DNA of 52,268 nt, the filler included, from Sphacelaria rigidula (Eukaryota): the NCBI GenBank assembly GCA_964200075.2. It is 3 parts of 3 records of this genome, joined end to end, with 100 filler letters (N's around TTAATTAATTAA, not from the genome) between each part and the next. Parts side by side here need not be neighbours in the genome. Positions count along the whole stretch, not along the records: positions 34,915 to 52,268 come from CAXNAA020001101.1; 2 more parts are not named here. One strand, written 5' to 3'. Each line of letters begins with the position of its first letter. The stretch's first letter is position 1. The notes under the pieces are model-generated. The model was given only the letters and a program-made list of their open reading frames with translations, made no database searches and had not been told where the DNA came from. The translations under genes were made by a program, and so were the position numbers. Positions 38,101 through 50,929 of the stretch are shown piece after piece.

Positions 38101-41100
38101 CTGAAACCAGCCCACGTAATGGACATTACGACATTTATGGCTTTTGGGACTGGTTTGTGGGGGGCGGGAGATGAGCAACCAAGCCATTATTCGTCATACC
38201 ACATGTCTCACCTACAGGGGCCGCCGTTCCATCGAACGCGGGGTTGGCCGGCGCTGGGGTAAATCCTTCCATGACACACGGCGCCTCGCCACAGAAAGCG
38301 CCTCCCGATTCCTCTATGATGGTGTCGGGACAGCAGTCAGACGCGCCATTCGTTCCCGATACGGCGCCGCAGCCTTGCCCTCCGCAAAAGCCGCAGTTCA
38401 CCCGACAGCAGACGCCCGATCCGTTGTCCACGCCTTGAATGCCGTTGGAGCACGTCGAATCCGCTGCGGCCGTCCGAGAATGCACGCGGGGGAAAATCGG
38501 ACAAAACATATTGATATAATAGGAGTGACAAAAGGTGTGTACCCCAAAGGAGGGACAACGCAGCAAACTCTCCTCCAAGTTACTGCAGCTTTACTCTAAT
38601 ATGCTCATTCTTCCCTCCGGGTACATGATGGCATGTCGATGAAGGTCAGTTCACCACTCGATCGGACGAGAAATTCCTCGGGAAAACGTCCAAGTTAATC
38701 CGAAGACATTGATTCTCGACCGAGTTGGCAAGTGCGGACTTGCTCACCAGCGCATGAGAGGGAAGTCACGATGTACCACAAAACGCAGTAATAGGTCGTG
38801 CATCAGAAGCGCAGGCGCGTAGGCATTCAGGGCAGAGGGAACCACAGTCATCACATTCGGCGATGCGTTATTTTCACCAAAATCCACTGTAATCCGTTCA
38901 ACCTCCAGCATCCCTCACCGTTGTAAGGGGCAGGGGTACCGGCAGCCTCTGTGGGCGCCGGCGTAATGCCCTCAATGATACATGGAGCATCCCCGCAGAA
39001 CGTCCCGTCCTGTTCTTCCAGAATCGTGGAAGAACAGCAGTCAGACGCGCCGTTAGTTCCGGGTACCGCCCCGCACCCCTCTCCGCCGCACTGGCCGCAC
39101 TCTTCTTTGCAGCAGGCCGCGCCATTCTGCACCCCGGCAATACCATTACTGCATGTCGATGGAGCTGTCGATTGTTGATGCGTGTCCAAACGACGGGAAA
39201 ACAGATCAACGGCGAAGCGAGCAAAGGGATAGTACGTTAGATGACATCCTTCATAAGCGTCTCGCGGACAGTTCGCGAAAACAGGCAGCGAGAATGCCTC
39301 ACCCTGGCGAGACGCCATCGTCCACATGAGACCAAAACATTCCAACAGTTGAGGCTACGGAGGTACTTCAATCGAGTACACCGCGATACCGTCATTCTCC
39401 GGAGGAAAGGACGGAATGGGCGTAATAGACTTGGACAGCAATGCGTGCATAGCCAAGGGATAGCTTCACATGACACGATCCGTCCAAGGCGTCGAGGAGG
39501 TACACGTTTGGACGACTCAAGGTTGGGAAAGTACTCGAACGTTCGCGTGAGAAAGCGGGGGAAGTCCCTCGTCTCCTTCCTCGAGGATGATCCAGGTACC
39601 CCCTCGGGGAGGCAACAGCTGCGCATCAGGCAAAACACATGAGGAATGAAACGCACAGCGTCTGCAGCAGTCGAATCAGCACTCTGTGACGGATGAAAAA
39701 CGACACAAATCTCGTTGATACGTGGATCAACATTTCTACTCCGGCCATCAATCCGAGCACCAATGCCGAACACTGAGCCGCTCGAAGTCCTCTTTCAATT
39801 GCAAGCTTCGGCAAACGCCGCAGCGATGAAGCCGGGCGTACTAGTTTGCTCGACAAGTAGAATCTGCGCGGATTGTGGAGGCCCCGTCTGTATATTGTGT
39901 TGGGGGATGCCCCCCGAAAAAGAGCAAAAATACCTTTAAAGTCCCTGCACACGAAGGAGACCAGGGCCGAAATTGATATTCGAGTTTGGCGTTCCCTTGC
40001 AGCACGGGCCGGAGAAGATTGATATTTTGTCTGGCCGAAGCTGCATGAAGGTTGATTTCATCGTGAATAAATTGTGCCACAGAAGATCGACCATTGACGT
40101 CATGTTCGTTGTGCGCCAGTAGAAGTAGTCAGGATGCGAAGCCGCTCCTACCTGGATTTGTGTTACACGGTCATCAACAAGGGATACGCATACTCCCATC
40201 GCACACTCCCGAGATGCGCTCGCCTGTTGGCGATAAGCCGTCTTAAGCTCGATGTGATCGGACACGAGTGCGGCATCAACAACACGGCTGGTACGTCTGC
40301 GGTGTCCCATCAGCTGTCGCCTTCGCTTTGCCGGCTGGTACTTTCTTCTACCCGTGGCTTCTGCTCAGGAACCTGTTCCCACTATACTTCGATTGCGTTT
40401 TTTGACGAGGGCGTCGCCTAATGTCACGATTGGGAGCTTCACCCTCACGTCAAACGATTTTCCATACCAATGATTTCCGCACTCCAACACGCACCATGGG
40501 GATCCGGCCGCGGTTTCATGATGACCTGCTCAGTCTGAATCCGCTCACGCGGTCGCGGAGTTCACGACCTCCTCACCTCGAGCCTGGCGGACCCTGCTGG
40601 GGTTTTTCTGGTGATCGGCCACTTTGACCCCCTCCCCGTGTTTACACGATTTCAAATAGTTCATTGTCTTCCAATCTTCGACGACACTTCTTCACCGAAG
40701 TATCTCCCACACATATTTCCGTTTTCCCACATCAGGGTACGTCTCCACAATATTGTGATTCTAGTGGGATTACGAGCGGGATTGGTTCGTGTAAGACGAT
40801 AAGTTGGTCGGCTCCTCACGGTAGAGGGGGAAATGGGTAAGTGGAGGCGGGTAAGTAGTGCCGCACGCCGGTACTATAAATGGAACAATAACATCCCTTC
40901 TGGCGGATTTCACATTGAGTTCGAGTCATGGCTTCCATGAAAAATGTATTTCATCTCCTTTTGCGCTTTTGATCGACCACCGTGAGTTGCAAGTTGGCGG
41001 AAGTAGCAACATGACCATCGATAGGCTACGACGGTGCCGCTACAAGGCTTGAAAGAAGGAAACCAAGGACGAGGAGATGGGCTGTCATATTTCGACGTGA

Positions 41101-44100
41101 TTTGGGGCGGGAATTGGCAGCGCCCACATCGGGAGCCATCGTCATATTCGCCAAATTTGAGTTACTCAAGACACTTTTTTTCCGTATGACCACCAAACGC
41201 AAACAATGGACACGCTGCATGAACACAGCCAAGCAAGACAGCCCAGCACACCCTACAGCATAGCCAACGCATCGAACGATCTAGCTCCACAACTCACCAA
41301 ACGGAGGAGCAGTCTCCGGCGCGTCGGTCGACGGCACCTCCGCCATGGTCGGCTCCGCGACGGACGCCGACGGAGTAACCGTGGGAGTCACTTCACCTTC
41401 GCCCTCCCCAGCCTCGGCAGGGACAGGCGTCGTTCCTTCCGACCCATCATTCTGGGGCGCAGGAGTCACGGGGGCAACGCTGCCCGTCTGAGGAGACGTC
41501 GTCGTTATGCCTCTATCGGCGAAGGGCGTCGGCGTGGTTGATCCGGGGGAGGGAGTAGGTACGCCCTCCGAAGTAGATTCGAAATCCTGTCCTCCCTCGG
41601 CGGGAAAGGGGGTCGGCTGTGCTCCCTCGGCCGGGAAGGGGGTTGGCTGAGCTCCCTCGGCCGGAAAGGGGGTCGGCTGTGCTCCCTCGGCCGGGAAGGG
41701 GGTCGGCTGTGCTCCCTCGGCCGGGAAGGGGGTTGGCTGTGCTCCCTCGGCCGGAAAGGGGGTCGGCTGTGCTCGCTCAGCCGGAGCGGGAGTTTGCTGT
41801 GCTCCCTCGACCGGGAAGGGGGTCGGCTGTGCTCGCTCAGCAGGAGAGGGGGTCGGCGATGAGACTTTGGGGTATGGAAATCACCCGCATTAGATGGACG
41901 GGTCCCATGGACAGGGGGTTTACAGGTGGGAAATTCGGGTTCGCGGTCCGATGGTGTCGGTGGGAAATGGATAGGCGGGATGGGACCGGAAGGGTGGTCC
42001 GGCGGGGGAAGAAGGGTGGAGAGGACCCATGATGATCGTAGCGGTTGGGTGAATCGGGAGTGCGGTTCGATCGCGGAAGGGTGGTCGGGATGGGGATAGT
42101 GGAATAATTCGGTGATGGAGGAGGTCGACGGATGTGGGTCGTGGCAAATTTTCCGGTGGTACAGTCAAGGGCATGGTGGTGATGAGGGTGTGGGGGAAGA
42201 GAGGTGATGGCGTGATGCGTGGTTCGTGGTTCGTGGAGGGGTAGACGTTCACGATGACGGCAGGTGGGACGGAAGGCCAAGGTGGGGGCGGTGGGGAGGG
42301 CGGGGGGATCATTGCAGGTGTGCGTGTGATGCGGTGCGATACGATAGGCTATGACCCAAGGCAGCCGGACTTGCGCGATCGGTGCAAACTGGTATGATAA
42401 TCCACATCGATCAACGGTTGGAGTACATGAAGGAGTGTGTCGTGAGGGGACGACGACTCAGAGCGAAGCACGATGCAGTCATTGGATGCGATCCTCCACT
42501 ATTTAGATGCACTGGATGGACTACTTTAATCGTGACGGCGGGGATACCTCACACATCACAAGAGACGAAAACCGAATCATGACCCATTTCACGTCACGTA
42601 CATATTTATTTCAAGGGCTGCTGGGCCATGTCGCGATTACTTTCATCCCGAGTATCCGTTGGACTCTCGTGAGATATCAACCACATTGGTCCACTACCCT
42701 GCATCAAGCGATGCGGAGAATCAAACCGGAGCGCCAAATTCACCCCGTACAACACAAAACTCACCCTCCTCTCCGTCCGGGGCGGGCGTCGGATCCACCT
42801 CTTCAGAATATCCACCATCGTCATAATTTTCATCGGTTCCGGAGTACTCATCATCTCCATCTCCTCCACCCCCCTCCGGCGCGGGGGTGCCATCATCGAC
42901 TGGGGCAGGGGATCCTTCAGCAAACGGGGCGGGAGATCCTTCAACAGGGCTCGGCGTCTCGTCTTGAAGCTTTCTGATGCTGCCCCGCCGAGTGCGGTCG
43001 GCCGCGTTGTCCGACGGGCGGTTGCCGAAGCTGGCAAATCGCCCCAACAACGCGCGACGGAATCCCGCAACTAGGTGCCCGGGAGGGGAGGGGGAGGGAG
43101 GGGTGGACAGCAGAGGAGAGAAGATTGTGAGTGCAAGGCAAGAGGTGGACATTTGAAACATTCAAACGTTGCCTCCAACCCAGAAGGGCCGGCAAGTATT
43201 CACGGGCATTCAGCATGTGCACACGAGGCGGACACTCCTTCGATTCCGTCCACGGGGATCATTCTGGGGATAATCGGGTCTGATCAGGTCGATCTACGCT
43301 ATTGGTTAGCTTTGGCAGGCATGCACACATTTCAGCCAGACCTGACGAGACGTGAGCTTACTCAGTATCGCTTTTTCCAACTTGGAAGTAGGAACTCGTC
43401 AAATGAGACCCTTAGAGATGACATCGGGTGAACACGTTTGGTCACCTCGGTTACTGTACATCCATGAGTGTCCCCGGATGGGTCCAAAAGGGGTGGTTTC
43501 ATGAGTGACGACTGAAATAGATCGATCAAACCCGCTGGAGGCGCAATGCGGCGAAAACGTCTTGACGCGATTCGGCGTCGGTAGAACGAGGAAGTACGTC
43601 AAATCTTTTAGGATCGACCAACTTACATGGGGTTGACCACATGTTATTTTCATCATGAAAGATGAGTCAGGGAGCGACCCGCGCGATCACGGCGGGGCGA
43701 AATTTATCGACCAGATTCGAATGACCGGCGCCTCATTCATTACCGAGTTCAACGTTACCGCCAAGATCGTGTCGAGGCCCTGTTTTTAGCACAAATAAAC
43801 CGTTTCCTCAGGTATACAAAGCCCGGATGCTCAAGAACGAATTCTCGTTTCAGTTGCTCCAGTATGGGGGCTCCCGTGGTTTCCCAAGAGTTTTCTTGGG
43901 TCGGACGCTTATACTGAACTGTGATCACACCAACACATGATCGGGGGGGAAAGCGTACATGCCACAAAGCTGTGATTTTCACGAGGCAATATACCCAGCT
44001 GCCCCTATTCTTCTGCCGATGCCTTACAGTTCAGTTAACATGTGTGTAACTGGGCGGGGATGAAGAAGCGGTATATAGCCAGTTGATCTCGGTAACTGAG

Positions 44101-47100
44101 TACTGCGTACAACGCGCACGGGTTGCAGCGACACCTGCTGCTGAGGGCGGAAAGGCGTACTGTACTGTACTGCACTGTATGTGCGCCGCAACGCCGATAC
44201 CCTTCGAAAAGAATTCGCCACTCACAGCAACGAGGAGGAAAATCACTGCCCACCCGATGACAATGAGCCGTATAGCAAGGTTATGTGGACAAAAATATTC
44301 TACAAGGACACAGGTGGCCGGCGGCCCGCCAGTCGTCACGTCCTGTTGGGAGCTCTCTACGGCACGTCATGCTAGTGCTGTCAAATCACATTTTGATCAC
44401 CCAACTCGCAACCCAACCGATTTTTATTTTAAACACGCACCTGAAACAAATTTAAATTTCAAGGAACCTTCGGTCTGTCTTCAACCTGCGGTGACATCCG
44501 TGGATTTTCAGCAACATGAAGCCACTGTTTGGTGCAGACTCCAGACATGTCGTTCCTGAACAGGCTCATCGGTCGTTCCGAACACCATGTCCAAGGAGGG
44601 TGAAATTTGGGCCAATTTCAAGGGCAGTATGTAGCACGTAGCTGGTCGAAGTAATTAGTCGGGTAACCTTTGGAATGGGGTGCGGGTAGTCCACCTGACC
44701 CATGCAGTGTTTACAGTGGAAATTGATACAATGCAGTACGTAACCTACCCTCGCGTTCAAAGGGCTAACTGAAACCATCATCCAAAAATTTCGTGAACCA
44801 TTAGTGGTTTCGAGCTGGGCCGGCCTGGACGCGAATTTCTGCTTCGCAGACTCCGTCCCTCCTCACTTTCGAGGGTTGGCCTTCGAAATTCCGTACCGAG
44901 GGAGATGAGGACATGCTCAAAAGCTGTCGATCTGGACGTGCAGGTTCTTCTTCTCAGGAGTTCGGGGTGTCTGCTGTTGTCCACACGTGCTGGGCGCCCA
45001 TTTACGTATTTCGGTGTGTGTGGGCGCACCAGCCGGGGTCACAGGGGAAAATTCAACAGGGACATCTTTTCTTCAGTACCCCAGCCTTCTTCTGAGGTGC
45101 TCGCCTTCACATCTTTTTGAAATATCACAAAAACACGTTCAACTCACGAGAAGAGACACTGCACGTCCTGAACGACAGCTGTTTGGCGTGCCCCATTTTT
45201 CCTTCGTCCGAAACTTTCAAAGTCCAACTCGCAAAATTGAGGTGAAAAGAGGCGATTGTGAAACCGGGCCGGGCGTAATTCGGAACGGCATTTTCCTCGT
45301 GTCCTCCTGTTCGATATTTGTGTTTTAAATCTATGTGTAGGACCTCGCTAGGTCATCACAAAACCAATTAGGGAAATTGGGATAGGTTAGTATGTATTTT
45401 CACCTACTCAAGACGCTGTGGTGTAGTGAAGATCATACTTAAACGAAGCAGCCTGCGCTTATCCAGGAAAAAAAGAGAGTCCTACGAGTATTTCATTTTT
45501 CCAGCATTCTCGAAGTTTTCCTGTCACGTGTCCAATTCTCCCGTGAATTTCAGCTGAAAAACTGACATGAGGTTCGAGAGCATTAGTCATCTTTCCTCAA
45601 AAACCTCCAACGTCGCGTACGAACAAATTTTCGTACGAAATTCAGGCACAAATTGAAATTATGCCACGTCCACAGTTGGCTAGTTTGCTCCCTGAAACCC
45701 TCAATTTGCAGCAAGTCCGGATGTTGGCGGGGTTGAAATTAGAAATTACCACAGATGCCTGTATAGATCACTGGTTCAGACATACCTTGATTTTCAATTT
45801 TAATCCCGTGACTATTTTGGATAACTCGTGAGATCCGCAGATCCCGTCCAATAGCCTCCCCACAGATTCAACCCGTGCGCTTTTCACGAATATTCCAGCG
45901 ACAGAACGTGCACTGCTGAAACACGTGTTGGGTTGGTTCATATGTTTCACTCACGAACGAGAGGATTTCCGCCAACTCTGCTCCCCAAATTCGTGGTTGT
46001 AATACCTCTCCCGTCCCCGAGGGTGCACGTTGATATTCGGGATATACCCTGCCTCGTCGAAATCGGCGTCGCAGCCGCCGAGTTGAGGCATACCAACGCC
46101 TACATTTACAAGACCATCACCCTCATCTTATTTGCCCGACGGTCATGATATACCTCGGGGATAGGTGTGGGGTGTAGAAAGCATTCCAATACTTTTCCGA
46201 GACAAGCCCCACAAGATCCATCTCCGGGCGCTGTGGGCCAACCTTACTGTACTGCTCCGCAATGCGAAGTGTTCTGCATTCACGCCAAATGCTCACTCGA
46301 AACATGTGTACAGACGCCATTTCTCGAGCGCCGTGTATTCGTGCGCAGTGGGCATGACTCAAGAGGTGAGTCAAATTCTCTACAGGCCAGCGAATATCCA
46401 GCTCGGGAAAGATGAGGCACGTGCATATTTCTCGCAGGTACAGCACAGAGTTTAGGAGGAGGGTCCGGCTCCCAAGCGAAAGGTTTTGGCATTTTGAGCT
46501 GTGACGTGGGTGTGAAATATGTGGGGAATGCCGAGTTTTGATATACCTCTGATATGGTGACAGTATGCTCAGTCATTGTACCGTGATAGTACTTGGCTGA
46601 CATAGGCCTTCCTAGTATATTTGGGCAATTACTTTCTCAACAAATGTTTCAACATTTGAAGGCAATGTATACCGGGGAGGTGGAAGTTTTCTCAAAGTTT
46701 TCATCATATCAAGGAGCTTCACAAAATCGAGGAAAATATATATCGGGAACCTGGGAATTTCGAGTTTGAAACCTCGGAACCTCGAGTTTCAGTTCCTTTT
46801 AGTTGAGTTCGATAGCGTATCAAACGGTACGGCGAAGGCCGGAGTTGTACGTACCGCAGCGTGATGAGTGCTTTTGTTTCAACGATGTACATTACTTACA
46901 GGCACGTTCGAGGTAAAGGTGAGCTACCTGTTCATGTCGTGAAAACAGTACCTGTCGACACATTCATCGATCATGGTGGGACAGGTACCACGAGCACGGA
47001 ATGGATCCACACCACAGCGCACGGCCGAACAAAATCGCAAGTATACTGCAGGCCGAACCGTTCCATCCAGTTGTTCTCTGTTTAGGATGGAAGCGCGCAA

Positions 47101-48277
47101 TGTCTTCATCATTGCGCTAATTAAATAGCAGCGGGGTCGGGCCATGAAATTGATCGGGGTGGAGATCTTGAAAATAACTGTGCCGCGTACCTCGTGTCAT
47201 GTCACCCAGCACCATTTACTCGTGCCCTTCAAAAGAGAACAGGCAACCTTCGCCGTGCAGTCAGAAAACCTAAATAGCGCTCTGTCCGTAATTCTACCGA
47301 GTTCCGTCATCGGGATTCTTTTCCTTTCTGTGCTCGTACGCCCGGCCTGGCCACAGAGGACTCTTTCGCGCCACTCCGGACACATGAGAACCGCATGGAA
47401 TTACGCAGCGGAGGGCATCGTGTGTGGCATTCTCGAACAAGAGTTGGTCTCGTGCATCGAAGTTCAACAGTCATGTGACGGTTTCTTCCGAAACGTTGAA
47501 ACGTCGGGAAAGCACACGAATCCTCGTCCTCTCACGGAAGATACGATAACGCTAGCAACAGAGAGCCGTGCTTCGCGAACTACAGCTCGGGGAATGGTCA
47601 GGCGAATAAAAAAAATGAGTATACTATTCATCATCACTCATGCCATCAGCTCGTCACCAGGGTTAAATTCAGTGTCCATCAACACCCGTCATTTGGTGAC
47701 AAATCTCTTGGCTGCACGCCTTTGAGCCGTTTCCTCTCCACGAGGCAGTCGGTGTATCACCGCGAGCGCAAAACTAAGGAAGCCTCGACAACCAGCATGG
47801 TGCCCTCTGAGACTCATGCCCTTGCAGTACTGCCATATGCTGTACGCAGCATGTAGAACAGTACTCATGCCCATGCCTGTAATACAGTGCGGTAAATGAA
47901 CTTCGTTCCGAAAGATACGAGACCTCAAAAACTCTCTTGGTTGGAACCTTTCCGTACACATGTCGAACAGCGTACACGAAAACCCCTTCCTCCGTGGGCT
48001 GTACGGTATGGTTTTCATGAATGCAAGGACCCATCACACTCGCCAAGCTTGTGTGAAGACTCGAACGCCATACATGAAACCTTGTCGATGTAGGACACGA
48101 GGCGGTAACTGAATTCAACCAGACAGTTGTACAATGTGGACGCAGGAGAGCAAATAGAAATTCCGTACCTCGTGATGTGTTCTCCCCGACTGCAGTCCCG
48201 AAAAGCAGACATCCAAACATGAGACATGCGGTTGTAGCCGCCTTGGACCTTCTGCTAGAGCTCACTGCACGCCCCAT
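35116..48277 (-). CDS. Secreted mucin-like protein with tandem 10-Cys modules (resembling the Cys-rich repeat of brown algal extracellular / EsV-1-163-like proteins), at least 9 coding exons, truncated by contig end
   Basis: Exons (minus): 48277-48169 (signal peptide [21 protein letters not shown]), 43070-42765, 41864-41298, 39164-38919, 38463-38212, 37256-37099, 36730-36646, 35856-35711, 35218-35116. Phases are consistent, giving about 657 codons. Four copies of C-SNG-x-CC-xxx-CGxCGGxGC-x-CC-x-CG-x-PC, each followed by a TPAP linker. The EsV-1-163 resemblance is from memory and not verified. Confidence 0.8.
36181..36384. repeat. Long imperfect foldback (arms about 78 bp) in an intron
   Basis: 36181-36258 aligns with the reverse complement of 36308-36384 (caag.gcaggt.gag.agag.atactca..ggtatttt..aagtcgt). 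Confidence 0.75.
37935..38168. mobile_element. MITE family M1, diverged copy
   Basis: Shares tgccaatgt.gcc.atatgaag, gaaaccagc and ttttgggactggtttg.ggggg with 22790-22905. Confidence 0.6.
41595..41864 (-). repeat. Coding minisatellite, about 9 x 30 bp, encoding ([10 protein letters not shown])n
   Basis: Unit cctcggccgggaagggggtcggctgtgctc is repeated head-to-tail without spacers, in frame within exon 41864-41298. Confidence 0.92.
44667..44764. mobile_element. Single copy of the same piggyBac-type MITE (about 98 bp)
   Basis: Flanked by GTAA/CTAA (degenerate TTAA). Shares ggtagtcca.ctg, gaaattgat and acctac.ctcgc..tcaaag.g with 50934-51031. Confidence 0.6.
45012..45115 (-). mobile_element. 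SINE family A, internal fragment in reverse orientation
   Basis: gtgggcgcaccagccggggtcacag..cagtacccc..ccttcttctgaggtgctcgcctt is the reverse complement of the family A body. Confidence 0.65.
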
Positions 48278-49039
48278 GCCTTCTCCGTTTCACCTGACGC
48301 AAGTGTAGAGTGGCGAATGATGGAGAGGTCGCCCACTTTTGAAGTAGCTGGGGTACTGCGCAGCCCGCAGCCTACTACCGTTGTCCTGAAGCTGGCCACA
48401 ATACCCAACAATTGGCCAGACTCGAAATATTCAAATTTTCGACTCTGAAAAGGAGAACGTTACTCATCATGTGTTCCCGCGAATCATTTTTTCAAATCAC
48501 CAGGAATACAACAGTTACAGGTAGTGTGGTTGTTCACATCTGGAAGGGAAGGGTATGGAGTGGCCCACAAATAGTGGCGGCTACCGTTGAAGTACGACTG
48601 AGGTGAAGACATTGCTGCAGACCACGCCATACATACGACCCAGACAGTACCGATCCGTGTCCTGACTCTTCTAGTGTGATGGAACTGTAACTGTTCCAAG
48701 GGTGGATTTTTGGGCGGCATGATCCGTCCAGCACGCGGGGATGGATGCATACCATGCTGTGGTGTACGGTGGGGTGGGAATTAACGGTTACCGAACAACC
48801 GACATACCACCACAACCCTGGAACCGATCCGTCGTCACGATTCCCGCAACAAGCCTCTCCAGGTTGGGAGAGGAAGAACTCAGGGCTGGAAGAGCAGTGA
48901 CGTTCAAAACAAGGGATCACATGCAAGAAGGGTTTGCGCGCGGCCTTCCCTGTGCATGTACCGTCACGAACACTTTCCGCACTCGTCAAAAACCACAGCA
49001 CTGCAACAGGGAATAAAATACAGTTACAGACATACTCAC

Positions 49040-49250
49040 CACTCGTGTGAAATACCTTCGAGAAAGGCTCTCTTCGCCTCTCCGTCACCCGCTACCTGCC
49101 TCTCTGCTGGCGATGCTGCTGCTATTGTAGGGACTACTGCTGGTGCTGGTGCTGCTTTAGAGCTCGTGTTTCGGACAGCACTGTACTGAGTGCACTACGA
49201 GCTGCACGCCAGCAGACTGTACCAGAAAGACAGCGAAGCAGAGTGACCGG
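49040..49250 (-). other. Probable non-coding 5' UTR exon of the secreted Cys-rich gene
   Basis: CAG/CAC-rich leader-like tract ending at donor GTGAGT (49039), with an alternative GTATTT at 49055. A matching CAG acceptor at 48294-48296 lies just upstream of the ATG at 48277. The 5' boundary is approximate. Confidence 0.45.
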
Positions 49251-50929
49251 GAACGGCGTATCTCAACAGAACACTGAATTCTTGCAATGCCACGCACGCT
49301 ATTAGTTATTTTCTGCGTGCCATGGTGGGGAGGAAAAAAAAAGAGGTTTTCGCCGCTTGATTGAGAAATAATGTAGGCCATGGCCCCCGGGTAACAACAA
49401 GACGAAAGAGAGTTCCCCTCGGAATATACACAAGCATTGTAGCGAAACTGCTGATATACTACTCCATGAAATGCATATGAACACCTTCAACCGTTTCCCC
49501 AGGGTTTCCCCTCGAAAATACGACTCACATAATTTTTCGGCATTTCTTTCGGCGAAACTCAACTTCGGTCCAGTGTGAAGGTATCATGATCAACCTATAC
49601 TCATGGATCCAAAAATATAAACGACCCAGGTAAAACTTGCTTGAGCAGCGAGGAGGTTGTTCGTATGCATCTTGATATTGTGCATCCATCGAAGATGAAG
49701 ATTCTGGGTCAATTTGTAGCTAGGCAAAAAGCAAGTAGGCCATCCGCCTACTACGCCCAATAAACCGGTACCGCTTCGACCAACTCTATGGGTACCGTTC
49801 AAAAGCATCATCATCGCACCCGATTTTCAACGGTGTGTGGAAAACCGCACCTCTTGATAACTGAGAACCGACTCTTTGAACAAAAATACGGCTGGGGGAA
49901 GAATGCGTGTGGGGTGTCTGCGGGCATCTTCATGTGAAAATACCTGCTGGCAAACGTCGCATGTTTTTTTTCAGCCGTATTCTCGACCTCGGAACCAAGT
50001 AAATCAGAAAAGTGCTCTAGGTTCCTCTCCGCGGGGTGACGTGATGTGATTAAAACGTGTGATGAAGATGTTTCCTTCTGTTTGGGGGTCGAACACTGCA
50101 AAAACCGTGCAGGTCAATTGTATAGTACTAAAAGTGGCGATCGAAAGTATACACCCCTCCCAAATGCAAGCCATCGTCGAAATAAATAAGCGATCTGACC
50201 CCCACGATTTTGAATTTGGGTCAGGGGCATTTTTTCCCACCAAAAACAGGACCCTATTTTTGATCCCCAGGCAAGAATCGAGGAGCTGTTCAAAATCGGG
50301 TCAATAAAGTACTGGACATGTCATGTTTTACTGTACTGACTGTACTTACTGGTCACTCCCGCCTCTTTCATGTGCTGTAGCTTTCACTGCAGTTTTCTAG
50401 TAGTGTGCCCAGACCTTGCAAAAGCCGTGCATAGCTGTTGTGCTCCGCCCTGTATAAAATAATTGTTGTATCCGGCGCGCATTGTTTGTCAAGGTAGAAA
50501 TCTATATGACAAGACGCTCCTGTGTCTTTCGCAACGAACAAGGCGGTCTTGTTTCGTTCTCAGAAAAATACAGCACAGCGGCAGAAAAAAATGGCGATCA
50601 AGATCACCCAAAGTTGTGATTTGAACGGCTCCCCCCATGGGAGCTGGTCTACTATTTATTACATCATACAACGTCGACATGAGTGGATCGAAGCGCGAGG
50701 TACTTGTATTCAGACGCGAGTCAGTATTTTGTAATAGGTAACGCGTCGGCGCCTCAAAGCGGACGGAATTACACACTGGTATTTTTTCATGCAGCCGCCT
50801 CGTCTAGAAAAGAGGCGTGCATATCCATTTCACGATTGCGGGAGACTATCCCCCGGATTGAAACGAACGGATGCATGCGTTACGGAGCCGATTCGTCTGG
50901 AGGACTGAAGGGCAACAGCCAGATACGGT

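Noticed and set aside
41595..41864. CRISPR-like array of 30-bp repeats
   Set aside because: No unique spacers. The units are contiguous and encode an in-frame peptide repeat in a eukaryotic exon.
47144..47725. 193-aa + strand ORF
   Set aside because: Antisense within an intron with no motif support.
29170..48277. Functional cluster linking NDUFB8, the membrane protein and the Cys-rich gene
   Set aside because: They are separated by an artificial contig join at 34815-34914.
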